Source of the DNA: Gemmatimonadota bacterium
GTDB taxonomy: Bacteria > Gemmatimonadota > Gemmatimonadetes > Gemmatimonadales > GWC2-71-9
Assembly (NCBI GenBank): GCA_041485045.1
Contig: JBGPIW010000001.1
Span: forward strand, 1-32,611
Length of the DNA stretch: 32,611 bases
Direction of reading: 5' to 3'
Part shown: one piece after another, positions 1-8,535 of the stretch
How positions within the stretch are numbered: the first letter of the stretch is position 1
How the letters are laid out: each line of letters starts with the position of its first letter
Made by a program: the position numbers and the translations under genes
The notes under the pieces: generated by a model
What the model was told of the DNA's origin: nothing
The model's input: only the letters and a program-made list of their open reading frames with translations
Databases searched by the model: none

Positions 1-466
1 CGGGAGCGTGGACGTCGAGCGTACGAAGGCCCTGCTGGGTGTGTCGCGGCCGCTGTCGGTCACGTTTCACCGGGCGTTCGACTTCACCCCGGACGCCAAC
101 GCTGCCCTCGACACGCTCATGCAGCACGGCATCGATCGCGTCCTGACATCCGGACAAGCACCCACGGCCGTCGAGGGAACCCAGACTCTCGCGCGGCTCG
201 TGACGCGGGCGTCGGGCCGAATCGCCATCCTCGCCGGCGGCGGCTTGAACGAGGAGAACATCGGCCGCGTGGCGGAGCTGTCGCGCGTGCGGGAAGTGCA
301 CGTGCGGGCCACCGCCCTGCTCGAGAGTCCCGCCTCCTACCGTCCGCGCCATCTGTCGCTGCAGAAGCAGCCGCTCCCCAACGAATTCGACCGCGCCGTG
401 ACCGACCCCGAGCGCATCCGGCGGATTTCCGGCATCCTGGAAAAGATCGACCCCCCCGTCGCATGA
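1..466 (+). CDS. cutC: Copper homeostasis protein CutC, C-terminal part (5' end lies outside the window)
   Basis: The frame is open from the window edge (track ORF 8..466) with stop TGA at 464-466. The motifs VTFHRAFD, DRVLTSGQ and ILAGGGL are typical of CutC TIM-barrel proteins. The 152 aa seen are shorter than a full CutC, so the gene is 5'-truncated by the window. Confidence 0.8.
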   Translation, partial: GSVDVERTKALLGVSRPLSVTFHRAFDFTPDANAALDTLMQHGIDRVLTSGQAPTAVEGTQTLARLVTRASGRIAILAGGGLNEENIGRVAELSRVREVHVRATALLESPASYRPRHLSLQKQPLPNEFDRAVTDPERIRRISGILEKIDPPVA

Positions 467-500
467 ACCGGGGGGGTCGAGAAATGCGCGTCCGCCCTCG

Positions 501-1475
501 TTACGGGTACGACTTGAGGCAGCCGCCCGAGCCGGCGTTGACCCAGTTGCGCTGGATGAGGTAGTCCTTGCCGGCGATATTCATGTTGGCCACGGCGCCG
601 TTCCCGGTCGTATAAGTCGTGCCGAACGTCCAGGCACACTTGTCCGCGTTCTCCTGTCCCCGCCGGTCGTACCAGGCGTTCAGGTCGGGGTCGGTGGCCG
701 CTTCCTCGATCTCGTGGGCGAGTGTGTTGACCTCGGCGTCCGCCGCGAAGTCACTATTGGGAGAGCCGTTGAGCGCCGTACAGCCGCTCACGAAGTCGGC
801 GTTGTACGGCTGCGCGGCATACTTTATGTCCCGGCCGTTCGAGGTGAAGTGACCGTGGTAGGCGCAATACTGCGAGCCGAAACCGCCGCCCAGGTTCACT
901 CCGGGTCCCGTGAACACGAGGTAGACAGTGGCTGCGTCGAACGTCAGCGCCCCGCTCGTGAACCCGCCCACGATCAAGCTCTGGATCGCCGCGTCGGAGG
1001 GGCTGCTACCGGGGTTCGTGCCGGTCACCCAGAATCTCGAGTATGCGATACTGTTGTTGACGTGAACGCCGTTGCCGTCGAAGTACGTCGTGTTGATGTT
1101 GAAGTAGGGGGAGCCGCCGAGAGTGCGCAGGAACGCGCCGACGAGCGAACCGTCCTGCGTACCGGTCCCGGTGCCGCTCGCGGGTCCACCTGAGTAGATA
1201 GCGTTCTGACTCCAGTAGATCGCGACGACCTTGGTGAATTGAAGAATCGGGCCGCCGTGATAAAAGATGCCGGTGTTGCCGCCCTTGCCTCCCGGCTTGG
1301 CCCGGTTGTCCAAACCCGCGGCGACGGCCCGGGTCGGCATGACGTGGATCCGCTGCTGGGAGCCGGCGACGTCCAGGAATGACGGTGCGGCCGGTTGGGT
1401 AACGGTGGACGAGTCGCTGCACGCGACGGCGAGCATCGCACCACCCACGAGTACAACGGGAAGGCGAAGTCTCAT
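501..1475 (-). CDS. Secreted lipoprotein of the EXORDIUM / phosphate-induced protein 1 (Phi_1) family
   Basis: This is the C-terminal 324 codons of the 994-aa track ORF, with ATG at 1475-1473. It opens with a signal peptide and lipobox, MRLRLPVVLVGGAMLAVAC|SD. By recall it aligns block-by-block with plant EXORDIUM: IFYHGGPILQFTKVVAIYWS vs YHNGPLL..VNLIWYG; GSQYCAYHGHF vs MSRCGTHGH; and a C-terminal NxxGKDYLIQRNWV..GGC vs NAYGANGRKFLLPALYDP..SAC. Confidence 0.65.
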   Translation of the reverse strand: MRLRLPVVLVGGAMLAVACSDSSTVTQPAAPSFLDVAGSQQRIHVMPTRAVAAGLDNRAKPGGKGGNTGIFYHGGPILQFTKVVAIYWSQNAIYSGGPASGTGTGTQDGSLVGAFLRTLGGSPYFNINTTYFDGNGVHVNNSIAYSRFWVTGTNPGSSPSDAAIQSLIVGGFTSGALTFDAATVYLVFTGPGVNLGGGFGSQYCAYHGHFTSNGRDIKYAAQPYNADFVSGCTALNGSPNSDFAADAEVNTLAHEIEEAATDPDLNAWYDRRGQENADKCAWTFGTTYTTGNGAVANMNIAGKDYLIQRNWVNAGSGGCLKSYP

Positions 1476-1541
1476 GCGGACGATCTCCTGGGTATCGAGG
1501 TACATCGGAACGATAATGTCCGGTCTCGAATTGCACGACTC

Positions 1542-3206
1542 ATGCCAACCCGCCGCGACGCGCTGAAACGATTGGCCGCCATCGGCGGTACGTTGCCCGG
1601 CCTGCGCCTGCCCGGCCTGTGGTCCGCGGACGTCACTCCTCCCCCCCCGCTCGCCGTCCCCACGGCGGCGCAGCTGGCCTGGCAGGACCTGGAGTTGGGC
1701 ATGTTCGTCCATTTCGCCCCCAATACCTGGCAGGAGAAGGAATACGACGACCTGTCCACCCCGCCTGCGGACCTCATGCCGCAGGTCGACACGGCGCAAT
1801 GGGCCGAAACCGCGCTGGCCCTGGGAGCCCGCTACATCGTGCTGGTCGCGAAGCACGCCGGGGGGTTCTGCCTGTGGCAGACCGATACAACCGACTATGG
1901 CATCCGCGCGACGCCGTGGCGCGGCGGACGTGGGGACGTCATGGCCGATCTCGCGACTGCCTGCGCTCAGCGTGGCCTCCGGCTCGGCGTGTACCTCTCG
2001 CCGCGCGACGACAAACACGGTGCCGGGCTCTCGGGCCGCTGCGCCACTCCCGAGGCACAGGCCGCCTATGACGAGGTGTATCGCCGCCAGCTCACCGAGC
2101 TGCTCACGCGCTACGGTCCGATCGCCGAGTTGTGGCTCGACGGCTCGAGCGTGGTGCCGACGGGCGACATCGTCTCGGCCCACGCTCCGGATGCGATGGT
2201 CTTTCAGGGACCGCAGGCCACGATCCGCTGGGTGGGGAACGAGAACGGGTTCGCGCCCTACCCCTGCTGGAACGCGCTCGCTGCGCCCGACGCGCGCACC
2301 GGCATCGCCACGGCGCTGCACGGCGATCCTGCAGGCGACGTCTGGATGCCGGTCGAGGTGGACGTCTCGATCCGCCGCCCCAACTGGTTCTGGAGCACGA
2401 CGAATCAGAGCAACCTGATGTCGCTCGACGACCTCGTCGAGATCTACTACCGCTCGGTCGGACGCGGCACGCAGCTGCTGCTGAACCTCCCGCCCGATCG
2501 CTCCGGCCGGATCCCCGAGGCAGACGCCCTCCGGGCCGCGCAGTTCGGCGAGGAGATCCGGCGCCGTTTCGGACGTAGCGTCATGGAGACCGCCGGGACC
2601 GGAATGAGCCTGATTCTCAGTTTGGAGGACCCGACGCGCGTCGATCACGTGATCCTGCAGGAGGAGCTGAGCCACGGAGAGCGGGTGCGCGCCTGGAAGC
2701 TCGACGGCTTCGCGTGGGGCCACTGGCGCTGGCTGGCGGAGGGCTCGGCGATCGGACACAAGCGGATCGTTCCGGTACCGCCCGACGGGTACACGATGCT
2801 CCGCGTGACGGCGACCCAGAGTGCAGGGGGATTCCCCACCTTCCGCCGATTCGCGGCCTGCAACACCGGCGCGGCGCCGCCGCCGACCTGGCAGGATGCG
2901 GCCCCGCTGTGGGCCGACGACACGGTCGGCCGCTGGAGCGGCGACAGCCTGAGTCTCGACTTGACGGAGAAGGCCGCCGCTACCGGCCGCTACCGGTTGC
3001 GGCTCGTTGCCGACGGCGGAGACGCGGTTGAGGTTCGAGACCCCGCGCTCCATATCGGGGAGACCGCCGCTCCCACGCTCGCGAATCCGGTGCCCGGCCG
3101 CCGCGACGCCCTGTTCCTGACGATCCCGCTGCCGGACAGCCGCGTCACGCTGCAGGCGCGCGTGCGGGGCGCCGCGAGCGGCACCATCCTCCTGCAACGC
3201 TGGTAA
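1542..3206 (+). CDS. Alpha-L-fucosidase (GH29) with twin-arginine signal peptide
   Basis: ATG at 1542. The N-terminus MPTRRDALKRLAAIGG is Tat-like. GH29 core blocks are present: GMFVHFAPNTW, YIVLVAKHAGGFCLWQT, RGDVMADLATACAQRGLRLGVYLSP. Stop TAA at 3204-3206. The part of the track ORF upstream of 1542 overlaps the divergent gene region. Confidence 0.8.
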   Translation: MPTRRDALKRLAAIGGTLPGLRLPGLWSADVTPPPPLAVPTAAQLAWQDLELGMFVHFAPNTWQEKEYDDLSTPPADLMPQVDTAQWAETALALGARYIVLVAKHAGGFCLWQTDTTDYGIRATPWRGGRGDVMADLATACAQRGLRLGVYLSPRDDKHGAGLSGRCATPEAQAAYDEVYRRQLTELLTRYGPIAELWLDGSSVVPTGDIVSAHAPDAMVFQGPQATIRWVGNENGFAPYPCWNALAAPDARTGIATALHGDPAGDVWMPVEVDVSIRRPNWFWSTTNQSNLMSLDDLVEIYYRSVGRGTQLLLNLPPDRSGRIPEADALRAAQFGEEIRRRFGRSVMETAGTGMSLILSLEDPTRVDHVILQEELSHGERVRAWKLDGFAWGHWRWLAEGSAIGHKRIVPVPPDGYTMLRVTATQSAGGFPTFRRFAACNTGAAPPPTWQDAAPLWADDTVGRWSGDSLSLDLTEKAAATGRYRLRLVADGGDAVEVRDPALHIGETAAPTLANPVPGRRDALFLTIPLPDSRVTLQARVRGAASGTILLQRW

Positions 3207-3215
3207 GGCTCGTCC

Positions 3216-5645
3216 ATGAAGACATCGTTCGCCGTTCTCATGCTGGTCACGGCCGCCTGCCGGCCCGCGACTCCGGATCGCCAGATCGCCGGTCAGGATC
3301 CGCGCCGCCTGCCGACCGGAGGTCAGCTCGATCCCGCCGGCGCATCGTCCCCCGTGGGACAGATGCCGCTCGGCATGTTCGCCGCGCCCGGCGGCCGCCG
3401 CTTGGTGCTGCTGCTCGGCGGATGGCGCGAGCACGGACTCCAGGTGGTCGACCGGGAAGGGCGTGTGACGCAGACGCTGCCGCAAGCGGCGGCGTTCGTC
3501 GGCCTCGCATTCTCGACGGACGGGAGCGCGCTGTACGCCTCAGGCGGCAACACCGATGTGGTCTATCGCTACCGCTGGGCGGACGACCGTGCGTCTCTCG
3601 CGGACTCGATCGTCCTGGCACCGCGCGCCGCGCGCGCCGACGGCACGCGTTATCCGGCGGGGCTCGCCCTGTCGGCGGACGGGCGGTCGCTGTACGTCGC
3701 CGAGAACCTCGCCGACTCCCTGGCGGTGGTGGACGTAGCCACGGGGACTGTCGTGCAGCGGGTGGCGACGGGGCGCTATCCATACGGCGTCGCCGTCGGG
3801 GCCGAAGGGGCGGTGTTCGTCTCCAATTGGGGAGGGAACACCCTCTCGGTCTTCGTCCTCGGGCCGGACGGGGGGCTCAGGCCCGCGCCGGCGGTCGCTG
3901 CCGGGCGACACCCATCCGCGCTCGTCGTGAACGGCAAAGGGACGCGACTGTTCGTCGCGTCGGGGAGCACCGACCGCGTGATGGTCGTGGATACGCGGGC
4001 GCGGCGCGTGGTGGCGACGCTGCTCGATCCACCCCCGGCGGGACCGGACGAGGGAACCACCCCGAACGCGCTGGCGCTCTCGGCCGACGGCACGCGCTTG
4101 TTCGCCGCCGAGGCGGACGCGAACGCGGTCGCCGTCTTCGACCTCAGCGCCGCGACGGCGGATGAACCTGCGGCCCGCGGCGCCGATGGACTCGCGGGAC
4201 GCATCCCCGTGGGTTGGTATCCGACGTCCCTCGCGGTGCTGGGCGACACGCTGCTCGTCGCGAACGGGAAAGGGTCGGGAACGGGCCCGAATCCCGACGG
4301 ACCGCAGCCAGGTCGGGCGCACCCCGACACGAGCTACACGCTCGGCCAGATCAAGGGGAGCCTCAGCATCATCCCACTCCCCCCTGCCGGCGGGATGGCG
4401 CTCGCGGCGCTCAGCGCGCGCGTCGAACGGGCCAACGGCTGGGACAGCGTCCACGCGGGTGGGCGCGCGTATCCGCCGTTCACTCACGTCATCTACATCC
4501 TGAAGGAGAATCGCACCTACGACCAAGTGTTGGGCGACCTCCCCCAGGCCGACGGCGATACGTCCCTGGTCCTGTTTGGGCGGTCGGTAACGCCGAACCA
4601 TCACGCGCTGGCGGAGCGCTTCGGGATCCTCGACCGGTTCTTCGTCAACGCCGAGGTGAGCGCGGACGGGCACAACTGGTCGATGGCCGCTTACGCCACC
4701 GACTACACCCAGAAGACCACACCCGCCAACTACGACGGCGGGGGCCGCACGTACGACTACCAGGGGGAGAATCGGGACCAGATCCCTGACGACGATGTGG
4801 CCGAGCCCGCCATGGGGTACCTGTGGGACCTCGTGCAGCGCGCGAATATCGGCTTCGCCAACTTCGGAGAATTCGCCGTCACCCGCACTGGCCCCGGCGG
4901 GACGAAGATCTACCGCGCGGTCAAGCCGTTCCTCGCGGCCCACACCGACAGCACCTATCCCGGGTGGGACCTGGCGATCCCGGACCAGCATCGCGTCGAC
5001 ATCTGGTTGACGGCGTTCCGGCGCTGGGTGGAGGCGGGCCAGATGCCGTCGTTCCAGATCATCTACCTGCCGCAAGATCATACATCGGGAGCCCAGGCGG
5101 GCGCTCCGACCCCGCGGGCCATGGTGGCGGACAACGACCTGGCACTCGGCCGCATCGTGCAGGCGCTCTCCACCAGCCCCTACTGGAAGAGCACGGTGCT
5201 GTTCGTCATGGAGGACGACGCCCAGAACGGGCCCGATCACGTCGACTCGCACCGCTCACCGCTCCTCGTCGTCTCGGCGTACAACCGGGGCGGCGTGTTC
5301 CACCGGTTCACCAACACCACCGACGTGCTACGGACGATGGAGCAGATACTGAAACTCGACGCGCTGTCGCAATTCGATCATTACGGCCACCCGCTGCGCG
5401 ACATCTGGCAGGATACGCCGGACACGACGCCGTACACGGTGCTGACGCCCGCCCTGCCGCTCGACGAGCGCAATCCGGCGCAAGGCCCGGCGGCGCGGGA
5501 CTCGCGGCGGCTGGACCTCGCGACGGTCGATGCCGCCGACATGGACTTGTTCAACCGGGTGTTGTGGATGGCCGTAAAAGGGGAACGGACACCCTACCCT
5601 GGGACGCACCGCATGTCGACGCTCGAGGCGCGGCGCTCCCGCTGA
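3216..5645 (+). CDS. Fusion of a YncE/YVTN-type beta-propeller with a phosphoesterase (PLC/AcpA, alkaline-phosphatase-superfamily) domain, secreted
   Basis: 809-aa ORF starting 10 nt after the fucosidase stop. It has an N-terminal signal/lipobox-like sequence (LMLVTAAC). Repeated propeller blades are visible (ALSADGRSLYVAENLADSLAVVD, VVNGKGTRLFVASGSTDRVMVVD, ALSADGTRLFAAEADANAVAVFD). The C-terminal half carries phosphoesterase-family blocks HVIYILKENRTYDQVLGDL, VTPNHHALAERF, DGHNWSMAA, IIYLPQDHTSG and VMEDDAQNGPDHVDSHRSP. Confidence 0.8.
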   Translation: MKTSFAVLMLVTAACRPATPDRQIAGQDPRRLPTGGQLDPAGASSPVGQMPLGMFAAPGGRRLVLLLGGWREHGLQVVDREGRVTQTLPQAAAFVGLAFSTDGSALYASGGNTDVVYRYRWADDRASLADSIVLAPRAARADGTRYPAGLALSADGRSLYVAENLADSLAVVDVATGTVVQRVATGRYPYGVAVGAEGAVFVSNWGGNTLSVFVLGPDGGLRPAPAVAAGRHPSALVVNGKGTRLFVASGSTDRVMVVDTRARRVVATLLDPPPAGPDEGTTPNALALSADGTRLFAAEADANAVAVFDLSAATADEPAARGADGLAGRIPVGWYPTSLAVLGDTLLVANGKGSGTGPNPDGPQPGRAHPDTSYTLGQIKGSLSIIPLPPAGGMALAALSARVERANGWDSVHAGGRAYPPFTHVIYILKENRTYDQVLGDLPQADGDTSLVLFGRSVTPNHHALAERFGILDRFFVNAEVSADGHNWSMAAYATDYTQKTTPANYDGGGRTYDYQGENRDQIPDDDVAEPAMGYLWDLVQRANIGFANFGEFAVTRTGPGGTKIYRAVKPFLAAHTDSTYPGWDLAIPDQHRVDIWLTAFRRWVEAGQMPSFQIIYLPQDHTSGAQAGAPTPRAMVADNDLALGRIVQALSTSPYWKSTVLFVMEDDAQNGPDHVDSHRSPLLVVSAYNRGGVFHRFTNTTDVLRTMEQILKLDALSQFDHYGHPLRDIWQDTPDTTPYTVLTPALPLDERNPAQGPAARDSRRLDLATVDAADMDLFNRVLWMAVKGERTPYPGTHRMSTLEARRSR

Positions 5646-5679
5646 GCGGCGGGCCGCGCTCTACTGGGTTCTTGCTGCG

Positions 5680-6069
5680 TTAACCGTCCCGCTCCAGGAA
5701 CGCCACCGCCTCTGCGAGGGAGCGGAACACACCGACCTGCTTCGTGCTGCGTCCCTCCAGCCGCCGGTAGCTCTCGTACATCCGCCCTAGCCCGAAGGCG
5801 TAGTCCCCGGGAGCCACGATCGCGAACTTCGACTGGGACTTGGTGGTGTCCATAGAGGCGGCCAGCTCGGCCAGCTGCTTGATGCGGTCCACCGAGCGCA
5901 GGTCGATCTTCTCGATGTCCGTCATGTCCATCAGCTCGTCGTACCCGCTGACTTCGAGCCGGGACCACACATCTTTCTGGTAGTTGAAGATGTCATCGCC
6001 GGTCAACGTGCCCCGGCCCGCGGCCCGCACCAGCCGTTTGGCATGGTCGATCGTGTATTCGATGGGCAT
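5680..6069 (-). CDS. Hypothetical protein, possibly STAS/SpoIIAA-like fold
   Basis: Track ORF 5680..6126. The internal ATG at 6069 (MPIEYTIDH...) is preferred as the start. It has high GC3 and a globular composition. The pattern of a short N-terminal beta region followed by FAIVAP..YAFGLGRMY recalls SpoIIAA-like DUF proteins. This is recall only. Confidence 0.5.
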   Translation of the reverse strand: MPIEYTIDHAKRLVRAAGRGTLTGDDIFNYQKDVWSRLEVSGYDELMDMTDIEKIDLRSVDRIKQLAELAASMDTTKSQSKFAIVAPGDYAFGLGRMYESYRRLEGRSTKQVGVFRSLAEAVAFLERDG

Positions 6070-6134
6070 GACCCCTTCAACTTGTGGTGCCCGGCTGGTC
6101 CGGACAAGCGCGTCCCCGGTCACCATATTCCATC

Positions 6135-7046
6135 ATGGACCTACAGCTCGTCATCCTCGCGGCTGGTCTCGGCAGCCGCTACGGCGGCGGCGGGCTGAAG
6201 CAGCTCGAGGCCGTGGGGCCCGGTGGCGCCACCCTGATGGAATACTCCCTCTACGATGCTCGCCGGGCGGGGTTTGGCGAGGCGGTGTTCGTGATCCGGG
6301 CCGAGATGGCGGAAGGGTTCGGGGACTTTGCGGCGGCGCGCTTCGGGTCCGGCGTCCCCTGGCGCACCGCGATTCAGCGGCTCGACGACGTGCCGCCGGG
6401 AATCGTCGTGCCGTCCGATCGTATCAAGCCGTGGGGCACGGCGCAGGCGGTGCTCTCGGCGGCGGAGATGGTGACCGGGCCCTGCGCAGTGCTCAACGCC
6501 GACGATTTCTACGGTGCCGAGGCATTTGCCGCGCTCGCGACGTTCCTCGGTGAGCACGCGACGGATCGGCCGCCGAGCCACGCGGTCGTCGGGTATCGGC
6601 TGCGCGACTCCGTCCCCGAAGGTGGGGCGGTGAACCGGGGAGCGTGCGGCGCCGATGCGGCCGGCTGGCTCGAGACGATCGACGAGGTGACCGGGCTCGT
6701 GCGCGCGGGCGACAGGAGCTTTACGGGGCGGGGGGAGAGTGGGGAGGTCCGGCTCTCCGGCGATGCGCTCGTCTCGATGAATCTCTGGGGATTCACTCCC
6801 GACATTTTCGACACATTGCGCCGTGGGTGGCGGGAGTTCTTCCATCAGAGCGCGCCGGGGGGACGCGAGTACCTCTTGCCGACGGTGGTGCGCGAGGCGG
6901 TAGGGCGGGGGGAATGCCGCGTGAAGCTGCTCGAAGCTGGGAGCCGGTGGTTCGGCATCACCCACCCGGCCGATCGGGCGGTGGTGTCGGACGCGCTGCG
7001 CCGACTCGTGGCAGACGGGCGGTACCCGGAGCGGTTGTGGGACTGA
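6135..7046 (+). CDS. Sugar-1-phosphate nucleotidyltransferase (NTP-transferase fold)
   Basis: The N-terminal glycine-rich signature MDLQLVILAAGLGSRYGGGGLKQLE is typical of sugar nucleotidyltransferases, and KPWGTAQAV and VLNADDFYG blocks are present. ATG at 6135 is chosen over the upstream GTG at 6084. Confidence 0.75.
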   Translation: MDLQLVILAAGLGSRYGGGGLKQLEAVGPGGATLMEYSLYDARRAGFGEAVFVIRAEMAEGFGDFAAARFGSGVPWRTAIQRLDDVPPGIVVPSDRIKPWGTAQAVLSAAEMVTGPCAVLNADDFYGAEAFAALATFLGEHATDRPPSHAVVGYRLRDSVPEGGAVNRGACGADAAGWLETIDEVTGLVRAGDRSFTGRGESGEVRLSGDALVSMNLWGFTPDIFDTLRRGWREFFHQSAPGGREYLLPTVVREAVGRGECRVKLLEAGSRWFGITHPADRAVVSDALRRLVADGRYPERLWD

Positions 7047-8155
7047 GCGGCAGGGTCGCGGAGGTCGCCCGCACGTTCCGGGTGGGTGGAGAGATCACCG
7101 GCATCGCCGCCGTGCCCGGCGGCCACATCAACGATACCTATCGGGTGGACGTGCGCCCTGAGGGTGGGGCGGGCCGGAGCTTCGTTCTACAACGGCTCAA
7201 CTCCGCAGTCTTCCGGCGGCCCGATCTCGTGATGGAGAACGTGGCGCGGGTCACGCGGCATGTCACCCTCGCGGCGGGGGCGGCCGGGCGGACGTCTCCC
7301 CTGGCTCCGCTCGTCCTCACCGATCACGGCGCCGACTGGCTCGCCGATCCCGCGGGTGGCGTATGGCGGATGTTCGTCTTCGTGGCAGGTTCGGTCGTGC
7401 GCGAGCGACCCCAATCGCCCGCCGATTGTGAGGCGGCGGGGCGTGCGTTCGGAGGGCTCCTGGTGCTCCTGGCACACTGGGAGGAAGCGCCGCTGCACGA
7501 GACGATTCCCGGATTCCACGACACCCGCGCCCGATTGGCTCAACTCGCGGGAGCGGTCCGCGCCGACGTCGCCGGCCGGGCTGCGGGCGTCCGCGCCGAA
7601 ATCGCGGCCATCGAGCAGGCACGCGGTCTCGCCGACGTCCTGCCCCCGCTGCTCGCCTCGGGTGAAGTGCCGGTGCGGGTCACTCACAACGACGCCAAGC
7701 TCTCCAACGTGCTGCTCGACGCGCGCATCGGGGCCCCGGTGTGCGTCGTCGATCTGGATACCGTGATGCCCGGCTCCGCCCTGTACGATTTCGGCGACTT
7801 GGTGCGCTCGACCGTAAGCCCCTCGGCGGAGGATGAGGAGGACCTGAGCGGGGTCGGCGTGCAGGTGGAGTACTTCGCGGCGCTGGCGCGGGGGTACCTG
7901 TCGGCAGCCGGGGCGGTGTTGACGACCCGGGAGCGCGACCTGCTGGCGTTCGCGGGGCAGTTGATCACCCTCGAGCAGGCGGCGCGCTTTCTGACCGATC
8001 ACCTGGCGGGGGACGTCTATTATCGCGTCGAGCGGCCGGGCCAGAACCTCAGTCGCGCCCGCAGCCAGCTCGCGCTGCTCCGGTCGCTCACCGCTCAGGC
8101 GCGCGCCCTGCAGGAAATGGTCAACCGCCTTGCATCCGCGGCGGCTGGGTCCTAG
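7037..8155 (+). CDS. APH-fold (aminoglycoside-phosphotransferase-like) kinase, N-acetylhexosamine-1-kinase (NahK)-like
   Basis: The likely start is GTG 7037, which overlaps the upstream stop (7044-7046) by 10 nt and suggests coupling. Motifs present are GGHINDTYRV (nucleotide-binding loop), a catalytic-loop VTHNDAKLSNVLLD and VVDLDTVMPGSALYDFGDL. The track ORF portion from 6644 to 7036 is an out-of-frame overlap with the previous gene. Confidence 0.7.
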   Translation: MGLSGRVAEVARTFRVGGEITGIAAVPGGHINDTYRVDVRPEGGAGRSFVLQRLNSAVFRRPDLVMENVARVTRHVTLAAGAAGRTSPLAPLVLTDHGADWLADPAGGVWRMFVFVAGSVVRERPQSPADCEAAGRAFGGLLVLLAHWEEAPLHETIPGFHDTRARLAQLAGAVRADVAGRAAGVRAEIAAIEQARGLADVLPPLLASGEVPVRVTHNDAKLSNVLLDARIGAPVCVVDLDTVMPGSALYDFGDLVRSTVSPSAEDEEDLSGVGVQVEYFAALARGYLSAAGAVLTTRERDLLAFAGQLITLEQAARFLTDHLAGDVYYRVERPGQNLSRARSQLALLRSLTAQARALQEMVNRLASAAAGS

Positions 8156-8187
8156 CGTACTGCCCGAACCTCTCGCGAGCCTTCCCG

Positions 8188-8535
8188 ATGGCTTCCAGCC
8201 GCACCGCCGCATTGAACCGGATGCACGTCGCCGTCAAGGAGCTGATGGACCAGCTCGAGCTGATCGGCAACGAGGCGCCCGAGGGTCTCGTGGAATTGAA
8301 GAGCGCGGTCGACGAGGTGCGGCTGCGGCTCTGGGGGGTGCTGATGGCCGCGCAATCCCCGGGCGACAAGGGATTCGGCGACCGGTTCCGGCTGCGCCGG
8401 GCCGGAGAGATCCTGCGGGGCATCATCAGCGACGTGGACGGCGGGAGGCTGGATCTCTCGAACGCGGAGGGCGGTGAGCTGGGGATCGTGGCGCGCGAGC
8501 TGGGAAGACGGGCGACCGAAGCGCAGACGGGGTAG
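8188..8535 (+). CDS. Small conserved hypothetical protein (paralogue A of 21695..22045)
   Basis: 115-aa ORF, predicted helical. It is clearly paralogous to the 116-aa ORF at 21695..22045. Shared blocks are GLxELKxAVDxVRxRxWxVLMAA and FxxRFRLRRAxExL....DVDxG. Confidence 0.6.
   Translation: MASSRTAALNRMHVAVKELMDQLELIGNEAPEGLVELKSAVDEVRLRLWGVLMAAQSPGDKGFGDRFRLRRAGEILRGIISDVDGGRLDLSNAEGGELGIVARELGRRATEAQTG

Noticed and set aside
1476-3485. Upstream two-thirds of the 994-aa minus-strand track ORF (501..3485)
   Set aside because: It is antisense to the well-supported GH29 fucosidase and the start of the phosphoesterase gene. The translation is Arg/Gly/Ala/Pro-rich and low in complexity, typical of shadow frames in high-GC DNA. 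Only the last 324 codons (signal peptide onward) look like a real protein.
3540-5252. 570-aa minus-strand ORF and other long ORFs (3247..3783, 3422..4165, 3776..4330, 4823..5683) overlapping the propeller-phosphoesterase gene
   Set aside because: These are shadow ORFs of a gene with clear domain signatures. Their translations are dominated by R/G/P/A and have no recognisable motifs.
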